Positions 39,244-48,571 of a stretch of DNA of 64,000 nt are shown one piece after another. How positions within the stretch are numbered: the first letter of the stretch is position 1; every line of letters begins with the position of its first letter. The stretch lies in assembly GCF_018977255.1 (NCBI RefSeq), contig NW_024704742.1, positions 36,272,001 through 36,336,000 of the forward strand, in the 5' to 3' direction. The DNA comes from Callorhinchus milii. Its lineage: Eukaryota. The notes under the pieces were generated by a model that saw only the letters and a program-made list of their open reading frames with translations, did no database searches and was not told the origin of the DNA. Both the position numbers and the translations under genes were made by a program.

Positions 39244-39349
39244 AATAAGTTATTTTAACTTCTCACATTAGAATTGTTTGGGAAATTATTTTTGTAGAAA
39301 ATTTGTGACGCGGTTCATAAGTGTTGACTGTCCTCACTTCCAAAGTGTC
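39244..39349 (-). pseudogene. Dynein fossil exon just before DHC_N1, in TMEM175 intron 8
   Basis: Strong acceptor (cattgtccttcctacag) and gtgagt donor; DTLEVRTVNTYEPRHKFSTKIISQTILM*E resembles recalled [25 protein letters not shown]. Confidence 0.55.
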
Positions 39350-39387
39350 CTGTAGGAAGGACAATGGTGCAGATGAATAAAACAAGG

Positions 39388-40197
39388 CACGGACCAGGGT
39401 TGCAGCGGCTTTTGGAGAGAGGTATTGGTGGAGACGGGCGATGCGTCGGAGGTGGAAGAAAGTGGTGCTGGTGAGGGACCAGATGTGGGGGAGGAAGGAT
39501 AATTGGGGGTCGAACCTGACGCCTAGGCTGCATATGGGTTTGGAGAGTTTTAGGGGGAGGTCGGGCAGGTGGAGGAGGTGAGAATCGTGATTTTAGACGT
39601 TGACGAAAGCCAAAGAGTACGGCTTCCGTCTTGTCAGCGTTCAGCTGAAGAAAATTTGCACTCATCCAGCTCCTGAGGTCTGACAGGCAGGCTGACAGAA
39701 CATCAGGGGACTGGGGGTCGCAAAGTGAGGTGGAAAAATAGAGTTGGGTGTCGTCCGCATACATGTAGAAGTGTACCCCATGTCTGCAGATGACATCCCC
39801 AAGAGGGAGCATGTAGATCAGAAAGAGGAAGGGGCCAAGGATGGATCGTTGGGATACCCCACAGGTAACCAGGTGAGAGCAGGAGGAAAAACTGTTTGTG
39901 CCGATGTACTGCTGGCGGTTCGTAAGGTAGGACTCGAACCAGGCGAGTGCGGTCGGTCCCACTGAGGTGGATGACGGAGGAAAGGTGGTAGAGGAGGATG
40001 GCGTGATCGACTGTCGAACACGGAGGAGAGATCCAGGAGGTCAAGGAGGCAGAGGGAGCCCTGGTCACAGATAGAGAAGATGTCATTTGTGACTTTCATA
40101 AACGCAGTCTCTGTACGGTGGGCAGGGCAGAAACCGGACTGGAGGGGTTCAAAGAGGGAGTGGGAGGAGAGGTGTGCGCGGAGTTGATTTGCCACAA
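39388..40197 (-). mobile_element. L2 LINE RT-domain fragment
   Basis: [29 protein letters not shown] motifs with frameshifts. Confidence 0.9.
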
Positions 40198-40830
40198 TGA
40201 AGACAGACAGGATCCTGAGCTATATTGTCAAACAGTTGAGTTTAGATTCCAAAATTCATACTCGTGTTTTATAGTGCTCTTGTAAAGCCGCATCTACAGT
40301 GCTGTGTCATAATACAAGGGATCAGCCAAGGTGCATAGGGTAGCAGGAAGAATAATGCTCATTGTTAGAAGAATACGGTACAAGCAACGATTAAGTAATC
40401 CAGAACCTTCAATTTTGAAAGAAGAGATTTCAGAGGGGACCTTTATGTGGGTGTATAACATCTTAAACGGGACGGAGAAAATAAACTCAGAACAATACTT
40501 TGGATGCACTGAGACAGCAAGACAAGATGTCACAGGTTTAGGATTGCAAATAGTCATTTGGGCGCAGACAACAATAACAACTTGCATTTATATAGTGCCC
40601 CTCACGCAGAGTAGCGTCCCAGAGCGTTTGCCTTTAGAATGCCTTTAGCCAGAGGGTAATTCATAACTTGAACAGATTACCAGGCAGGGTGGTTAAGGCC
40701 AGTATACTGGATCTTTCAGAAAGCAACTCAATGCTGCATTGAGAGGACGGTAGGGTATGTGTTTTTGAAGGATAAGATCAGATGAGCCAAAGGGGTTCTT
40801 CATCCGAATTTCTCTTATGATCTTGTGAGG
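40197..40830 (+). mobile_element. Degenerate CR1 3' fragment
   Basis: RGDL..VYNILNG and QRVI..N.LP-like motifs. Confidence 0.7.
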
Positions 40831-41256
40831 GTGCTTGTTTATGGAACATCCTTCCCCCCCCACACTGTATTGGCAGAAAATGGAGTGTCTGATGATAGAC
40901 ACCTACCCTACCATCCTCTCATTGCAGCATCAAGTTGCTTTTTGAAAGATCCAGTATCTGGCCTTGAACACCTTTCCTGGTAACCTGTTCCAGTTATGAA
41001 TTACCCTCTGATGATAGACACAGGCAGGTGATGACAGACGTGGACAAGCTAAACTGTCCCCGCTTGCTTCTCCTTTTGGCTTAACAAGGAGTCATGGGGG
41101 GTGGGGGAGGGCAGTAACAGTAGGGATAATTAAAACTAACAAAGACATTTGATGTTCCTTTATAAGAAATGTTTTTATAAGAAATGTGTCATAATGTTTG
41201 TGGTTTAAGTAGAAGTTTGTGTAATCTGAGAGGAACTCTATTTGCTTTTGTCTAAG

Positions 41257-41392
41257 GTCCAAAAGAACCCAGATTACAGCGAGTTCCGTTTTCCAACTTT
41301 CACTCAAATGAGCCACTGAGCAAAGAGCGTGTAGAAGCCTTCAGTGACGGAGTTTTTGCTATTGTTGCAACTCTTCTTATTTTAGACATATG
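41257..41392 (+). CDS. TMEM175: TMEM175 coding exon 9 (GPKEPR...EPLSKERVEAFSDGVFAIVATLLILDIC), 136 nt
   Basis: ttttgtctaag acceptor, TG|gtaagt donor; repeat-II RVEAFSDG motif. Confidence 0.96.
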
Positions 41393-41615
41393 GTAAGTTA
41401 CTTATCAACATCAATCATGCTGTTGACTAGAGTTAGCTACGACTGTATAATCCCATTCACCAACTCTTTTCCCAAACCCCATTAAAGTTATTTTCCTTCA
41501 AGTAAATTTATTCAGTTTTATTTTAAACCCTTTCAATGGTAAGATTTATATAACAACTTTGGTGCTGACCAAGTGTCGTTGTTGATTTTTTGAATTTTTA
41601 ATAAAATGTACAGAT

Positions 41616-41975
41616 AACGACAACAACAACAAGATTCCATTTATAGAGCGCCTTTCACGTCGGGCGGACGTCCCAAGGCGCTGTACAGTTGGGTCAGGAC
41701 CCGAGCAGGGGGGATATGGTCAGGGTGAGGGGAGGGAAGGGAGGGAGCGAGGAAGGGGTTGAGAGTCGAGAGGGGAGCTGAAGGCACGGTCAAAGAGAAA
41801 GGTCTTGAGACCGGCCTTGAAGGAGGAAAGGGAGGAGGCAAGGCAAAGGCACTGGGGGATAGAGTTCCAGAGCCTAGGGGCTGAGAGGCTGAAGGCCCGG
41901 CCACCGATGGTAGGGCGTTTGGAGCGGGGGATGTGGAGCAGACCGGAGCCAGAGAAACGGAGGGTACGGGCAGGT
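41616..41975 (-). mobile_element. L2 3' end abutting an older SINE
   Basis: L2 3' sequence ending in a (GTT)n-type tail. Confidence 0.8.
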
Positions 41976-42707
41976 AAGTTAAAAATAACAATAATAACAA
42001 TAATCGCTGCATTTGATATAGTGCCTTATTGTGTCGTTCAAGATGTCTCAAAGCACTTCACGGGATTTTACTGTGAAGTAAGTGACCAATTTTATTGGGG
42101 GGAATTGCCAGGACACCAGGAAAACTGTTTTCCAGTAGTGCCACGGGAACTTTAAAGTCCACCTGAACAGGCAAACGGGACCTCAGTTTAATGTCTCATC
42201 CGAAGGACAGGAACAAGAACACAACAAGATTACATTTGCAGCACATCAGACCATGCAACACTCCCCAAATCCTGTATTGGAATGTCAGCTAAGACTATGA
42301 GCTCAAGGTCCTGACATGGGGACCTTCTAACTCAGAGGTGAGAGTGCCACTAACTGAATCAGGCTGACAATCAATGAAAAGGATTAGCTATTAATTTGTA
42401 TTTGTATCTGCTCGCTGGACTCCGCAGCTTTTTCTTACCCAAGCTGCAGACTATTCAGAACTCTTCAGCCCATATCCTCTCCCACACTAAGCTCCATGAG
42501 CCTATTGCCCCAATCTGCCTGGTTCCACTAGCTCCCCATCCTCCAGCGGATCGAGTTCAAGATCTCCATTCTCATCCTTAAATCCATCCATTGACTCCCC
42601 CCACTTCTGCGACCTCCTCAAACCTTACTGACCTGGCTCCTTTCTTAGCTCACTGTTCTGTACTGTTAAGCGTGTTGGCGTGTCATCCTGATGTGAAAGG
42701 CTCTCTA

Positions 42708-43033
42708 AATAATAATAATAGTAATAATGCTTGCATTTGATATAGCGCTTTTCACGTCGGGAGGACGTCCCAAAGCACTTCACAGAACACACTGTAAAGT
42801 GAATTGACTGTATGTTTGTGGGCGAACGCGGCAGCCAATTGCATGCAGCAATGTCCCACAAACAGTCATAGATTGAAATGACCCATTTTATTATTGTTTT
42901 TGGTTTTGGAGGGATTATTATTAGGTGTGTGGAGTAAGGAAACTTGCCCAAGGTTTCGCCCTCTGCCTGGAATTGAACTCATGTCTCTCACTTGCAAAGT
43001 GAGTGCTCTAACCACTGAGCTACAGGACTCCAC
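42708..43033 (-). mobile_element. Full-length young SINE in TMEM175 intron 9
   Basis: Reverse complement of the same family. Confidence 0.9.
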
Positions 43034-43619
43034 AATGTAAATTTGTATTGTTTATACAAGCCATTTGTTTGCTCATGGTTTATGCATTATATATATCATA
43101 CAATATATATTTATACGCACAAAATACACAGTCAATCTACTTTACAATATGTTCTGTGAATCGCTTTGAGACGTCCCAACGATATGATAAGGCGCTATAT
43201 CAAATGTAAGGATTATTATTATGCAACATTGTGGGTAAAACATGTTGTTTTGGAGATGTAGCCTTACATCAAGATTGTAGTGATATTACAGGCACTTTCT
43301 CATTCTTTCAATATAAACCATATCTGCAATGACATTGTTGTTATACCTGGCATACCAATATCATTGTAAATAGAGTGCAGATACTCTGCTTGTACTGTCA
43401 GTGCTTCATAGGACAGCTTCATGTGCCTATTTTCTATTTGTTGAACATCTTCACATACATAACTCCATACACATGTACCAATTTTTAATTATTTATGTTT
43501 CCTAGAATATCACAGTCAAAGTGTTTGTGACCCTAAATTGATTCTTTGGCATAATTGATTGTGTTGCATAATTTAGAGAGTTCACACTATTTACATACCC
43601 ACCATCAATAAAGGTGTCA

Positions 43620-43867
43620 GAAACAAGATCAAAACCAAACGGGACCAACTTATATTTTTTACTGGGATCATCCAGAATTTTCCAAGAATCAAAAAAATAC
43701 CTGTTCAATGTGTTGAATGAAATAGGAAATCTCCCACAGATTGATTGGGTTGATTACAATTTTAAAACTTGGTCAGAGATCAGTTTATGCACTAGAGGGC
43801 AACATTTCCACCCTGCTTTAGACATGGATTCAGCAACATTCACATTTTTGAAATGTCAATAAACCTG
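43620..43867 (-). pseudogene. Possible dynein fossil exon (N-terminal region) in TMEM175 intron 9
   Basis: AESMSKAGWKCCP...ISFNTLNRYFFDSWKILDDPSKKYKL loosely resembles the P-l-x-x-x-x-WG...F-x-x-x-L segment; two in-frame stops; support is mainly positional. Confidence 0.35.
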
Positions 43868-43973
43868 CTTGATAGTTTGAGATTTACTTACTTAACTTGC
43901 AAAATGAGTTCGTTAAAGGAAATGAGTATTAGCCAGTTAGTAGGTACTATATAATAATAATACTAATCCTTAC

Positions 43974-44191
43974 ACAAAAACAGAAAGAGCTGGGAAAACT
44001 CAGCAGGTCAGGCAGCATCTATGGAGAAAGGAAAGTGAGTCAATGTTTCGGGTCCACAACCCTTTGTCGGATTGTGGATCTGAAACGTTGACTCACTTTC
44101 CTTTCTTCGTAGATGCTGCCTGACCTGCTGAGTTTTCCCAGCTCTCTCTGTTTTTGTTTCAGGTTCCAGCATCTGCAGTATTTTGTGTTTT
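43974..44191 (-). mobile_element. Second copy of the palindromic element, in TMEM175 intron 9
   Basis: Same arms as 13327-13527, degenerate centre; flanked by repeated taatccttaca. Confidence 0.75.
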
Positions 44192-44194
44192 GAT

Positions 44195-44610
44195 AATAAT
44201 CCTTACATTTGGTATAGCGCCTTTCATATCAGGAGGACATCCCAAAGGGCTTCACAGGATTTACTGTGAAATGTAGTGACTTGGTATTTGTAGAAAAAAA
44301 GGGCAACCCAATTAGGCATTGCAATGTCCCACAAATGGCCACGAAGTGAGTGACCAGTTTTATTTGGGATATTGCTAGGCAGACCACTGGGAGAAACAGC
44401 CTTCTTGTTTTGAACAGAGAAGTAGGATCTTTAACATCCACCTGAACAGATGGACTGGACCTCAGTTTAACGTCTGATCCGAATGTCGGCACCTCCGACA
44501 ATGCAACACATCCCCAGCATTGCATTGGAATGTCATCTTAGACTATGTGAGTTCAAACCCGACGTGGGGCTTGAACCCACAACCTTCTGACTCAGAAGCG
44601 AGAGTACTAC
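44195..44610 (-). mobile_element. Older Deu-type SINE family, representative copy (related copies near 2960-3340, 4000-4270, 6110-6485, 9840-10150, 15840-16245, 25820-26100, 32890-33240, 37570-37830, 42000-42370, 61860-62150)
   Basis: Shared gatctttaacatccacctgaacag...tttaacgtctcatccgaa...acctccgacaatgca core and gggcttgaacccac B-box-like head, resembling SacSINE1/AmnSINE-type elements. Confidence 0.75.
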
Positions 44611-44887
44611 TTCTACATTATATTGATCAGAAATAATACAGTGGACCAGATTTCCCCAACATTGGGAATGGCCTGGAGTGGTGGGAGAAGGGGTTCCATT
44701 TTATTCAATGTAATAAATAGTTACATAGTATTTCATCGTGTGTTCAGAAACGCTCTATAAGAACTTCTTTTCTAATCAAGCTTTTTGATCTTTTTCATAA
44801 GATTCATTCTAAGATCTTTTTTAATAAAAAAAATCTCCCAGGTTTTCTTGTAACTGAATTGATGTGCCTTTTGTTTGATTGTTACAG

Positions 44888-45551
44888 TGAGGACAATGTT
44901 CCTGATCCTAAAGAAGTTGCAAAGCAGTTCAATGGCAAGCTTATTGAAGCACTTAGTGAGTATGGTCCAGAATTCCTGGCTTACTTTGGCTCATTTGTGA
45001 CTGTTGGCCTTCTCTGGTTTGTCCACCACTCACTCTTTCTGTACATCACTAAACCAACAAGACTGATGGGCCTCCTGAACACGCTGTCACTGGCTTTCAT
45101 TGGTGGCCTGCCTTTGGCTTTTCGCCTCACCCATGAATTTACTGCAAAGTCTCACAATGAACGTGAAGCCATTCAGATCAGCTGCGTTATTATTTTTCTC
45201 GCCAGTATCTTCCAGTTTGCCATTTGGGCTGTGGCACTTTACAATGAAAAGGAAACCCTGCATCGTCACATCCAGTATGGGGGTAAAGAGCATGCTTTCA
45301 TGTTTGCAAAACTTTCACTTTATCCTTCCATGAGCTTTGTTACGTTCTGCCTGACATACATGTTAAGTAGGTTTAGCACTGAAATTTTTCACTTGATGCA
45401 AATTATTGTCCCTTTTGCATTTGTACTTCTAAGAATTATAGTCCGATTTGCTCTGGCTATCTTAAAGTGGTTGTTTTGTAGATCAAAACCTAAAACCATG
45501 ATATTAGAAGAAGAAGAATCAATCATCCCCGTGAATGAGGCTATATCATAG
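44888..45551 (+). CDS. TMEM175: TMEM175 last coding exon (EDNVPDPK...PVNEAIS-stop), 664 nt
   Basis: gttacag acceptor; within ORF 44859-45551; FLAYFGSF, LLWFVHHSLF, MFAKLSLYP and IFHLMQI match human TMEM175; the ten exon lengths sum to 1521 nt = 506 aa + stop. Confidence 0.98.
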
Positions 45552-45724
45552 ATCGTCACTAGGTATTGCAGCACATCTGAAATGCAGACAGTTGTTGAAT
45601 GTACAGTGCAAAAGGTTCAGATAGATACATTTCGATGTCCATTTGTCCCTATTTTCTGAACAAATTTGCCTGACTATAATTCCACTTGTAATAATCCTTG
45701 CATTTGATATGGTCAAGATTTCCT

Positions 45725-45905
45725 TTATTAAAAAAAAATGGTCATTTCAATCCATGATTGTTTGTGGGACACTGCTGTGTGCAATTGGCTGCTGTATTTC
45801 ATCCACAAAATATACAGTCAATTCACTTTACAGTATATTCTGTGAAGGAGTTTGAGATGTCTTGAAGATGTGATAAGGCGCTATATCAAATGCAAGGATT
45901 ATTAT
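45725..45905 (+). mobile_element. Partial SINE just downstream of the TMEM175 stop (probable 3' UTR)
   Basis: Core plus tail of the same family. Confidence 0.8.
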
Positions 45906-46072
45906 ATGTTAAGAATGTTAATGTTTTATACGAAGGTAAAAAATATTATAATGTTTAATGTTTGTACTGACAGGAAAGAAAATGATGGAATTTAGCATTT
46001 CTTGATTTCAGTTTAATGGTTTGATAATTTATTTCTAATTATGCTGTAATGTTACATGTTAATGTTATTTCT

Positions 46073-46450
46073 TTACAATTTTGACCCTTTGTCTATGATA
46101 TAACATCCAAAGTAGAAGTAGTTACTGAATGGGTTCAATTGTTTTGTAGATGACATGTTGTTTGCAATCTTATATAACCTCATTGAGAAGTAAACATTCT
46201 TGGAAAGAAAAGTCCATCCACCTAATATAAATACTGTAATGATTCCTCCATAAACTGGATATTGATATAGCCTGAAGCCATACTGTTCCATCCCTGTAAA
46301 GAAATAAGCATTGATAACAGAAGCATTCACATCTTTTAGAAGCTTACTTACAATGATCTGATAATTAGATGGGCAATCACTTGTAACTTGGTGTTTACAG
46401 CTAAAGAAAAAAACATGTTTTGCACATTCTGCAGTATCCTTTTAGAATTA
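46073..46450 (-). pseudogene. Dynein heavy chain fossil exon, extreme N-terminal region
   Basis: QIIVSKLLKDVNASVINAYFFTGMEQYGFRLYQYPV...VFILGGWTFLSKNVYFSMRL...NYFYFG parallels recalled DNAH5 [32 protein letters not shown]...[20 protein letters not shown]...EVSF. Confidence 0.6.
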
Positions 46451-46869
46451 AAGTTTAACGAGCTACTATAAGAATGAAATGGAATTTCCACAATGCATGT
46501 ACCAATTTTATGCATCATTCCAGAAAGATGAATCATTTTAATTGTTTTATAACAATTGTGCATGATGTCTATGCCCAGGCATTTACTTATGTGGTCAAAA
46601 ATCTGTTTGAGAAAAATGGTTCCAGCATTGCAATGTTGTGCTTTTCAGACAGAAAAGGTATCCCTTTCTAAAATTGTTTTGTGTTGCCTCTGTTCTATTT
46701 AACATAGAGCCATGATATCTATGAATAACAAGCAGGTGAACAAACTGTTTTGACTATTTGCGTTTTCCCTCTTTCTGATGGATGTTGAACTAGTTTTTCT
46801 CAGAAAGCTTTTCTCTTGATTAAAATGTAGTAAATGAGACTTTAACATATTCCGTACTGCTCTTGTACC

Positions 46870-48240
46870 TCCCAAGATCATAAGATCTGTTTGAATGAAG
46901 AAAACCCTTCAATCCATTTGGCCTCATCATTCCAGAATACCTATCCTACTGTGTTCCCATCACAGCATCAAGCTATTTTCTTAAATGTGTCCAATATCCT
47001 GGCCTCAGCCAGATACCTGGTAATCTGTTCTAGTTGTTTTTTACACTTTAGATGAAGAAATACTTCCTGTGTCCGTCTTGAAACTGCCATTTGCTCCCTT
47101 GAATTTGTGCCCTCTTGTTTTGCTGCTCTGCCTTATCTGAAAGTATTGCTTGGGGTTTATTTTCTGAATCCTAGCTAAAATCGCATTTACTTTTTATAAG
47201 GTCCCCTCTGAGACATCTTTCTTAGACTGAAAAGCTCTAATTATTATCATAGTTTATCATATTACATTAGCGATCGTCTTCATTGCTCTGCACTGCCTCT
47301 AGAGCCCGGGAAGCTCCCTTATGTCACAGTACGCAGTACTCCAGGTGCAGCCTGACCAGACCACTACATCTTGAGCATGATTTCTAGTCTTCTGAACTTA
47401 ACTGATTTGGCAATATAGGCCAGCATCATGGTTGCCTTGATTATTGTTTTGAAATGGTGAGTGATTTGTCAACTATCACCCTAGATCTCTTTCAGCTGCC
47501 TCTTGGCAAGTTCCATCCATCCATAGAGTATTAAGGCCCTCCTATTTTTATTTCTTATATGCAGTATCTTGCATTTATTAGTATTGAACTTAATTTTCCA
47601 GTCATCCGTCCGTTGCAAGACTTTTGCTGTGTCTTCTGATTCCATGGTTTACCCCCAATTTGGTGTCATCTGCAACTTTAACTACCTTTCACTGAGCCTG
47701 TGAATCTAGGTCATTATTTTTTTTATCAAAGAAGGGTCCCAATACAGATGACTCAGGTTTTAAGATCTTACTGTTACTGATTGTCCCCTTAATGTTATCA
47801 CATTAAAAGCATTTATTGGCAATATATGTTGGTTTTTCTGCTATGACCTTTCCAATTTTTGCTTGGTTCCCCATATCTTTGTTTTACCTCTTTCAGTACA
47901 GTCTTGTATGCAGCCCAATGGTCTCCCTCTCATTTCCTTGGATGATCTTTGTAAATCGTCCTTTTTGAATCTCCCCTTTTTTATTTTCCTGTTGATACAT
48001 TTGCCTCACTTGGGTATCTGCTTGTCTTGCAAGCTTTGCATAATGTTTTTGAAGGGTGTCCTCAACTAATTGGTCCTTGAGAAGTACAGTGTGTCACTTA
48101 GCTTAATCGTCACACCCCTGAAGTCGTTTACTACATTTTGGTTGCATACTTATGCCATTTCCCAAGTCAAATTGAATGTTGTTGAGCTGTGGTTTCTGCC
48201 ATGTAGTGGGTCAACTACTACTCTTTGAACATTGCCATTG
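46870..48240 (-). mobile_element. Degenerate CR1 LINE fragment
   Basis: Minus strand VADDTKLG, KCKILHI and RGDL motifs plus CR1 3' end. Confidence 0.75.
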
Positions 48241-48259
48241 CCAGTTTGTCTAATATAAT

Positions 48260-48571
48260 AAGGTAGTACTGATGGAGGACTGAAGTTGGTCCAAAATAAA
48301 CTGGGAATGACCAGGTGGAAAGGACTTCGAGCTTGTCAATGTTGTTATTAACAATGTTTCTGTGTGTAGATACACTGAAATGCATAACTGTTTCCTGACG
48401 GAGTTCACAGTGTCAGCGAACTCCCTAATACTGAGTCAGGAAACAGTTATGCATTTCAGAGTATCCAGACACAGAAACATTGTTAACAATGACAACAAGC
48501 TCAAAGTCCTTCCAACCTGGACATTCCCAGTTTATTTTGGACCGAATTAAGTCCCTCATCAGTACTACCTT
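48260..48571. repeat. ~310-nt long inverted repeat (fold-back element), arms ~135-140 nt
   Basis: aaggtagtactgatg...tttcctgac pairs with gtcaggaaac...catcagtactacctt, with scattered mismatches. Confidence 0.9.

Larger units (their letters stand above)
400..46450 (-). pseudogene. Unprocessed pseudogene of an axonemal dynein heavy chain (tail: N-terminus, DHC_N1, start of DHC_N2), interleaved antisense with TMEM175; continues beyond the left edge
   Basis: About 20 minus-strand segments, many with AG/GT boundaries, translate into dynein-heavy-chain-like peptides in the same order as recalled DNAH5-type tail sequence; many stops, frameshifts and TE insertions while the adjacent TMEM175 exons are intact. 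Confidence 0.75.

Noticed and set aside
400..46450. Idea that the dynein stops reflect selenocysteine, readthrough or sequencing error
   Set aside because: Stops include TAA and TAG, frameshifts are frequent, a CR1 interrupts an exon, and the interleaved TMEM175 exons have no errors
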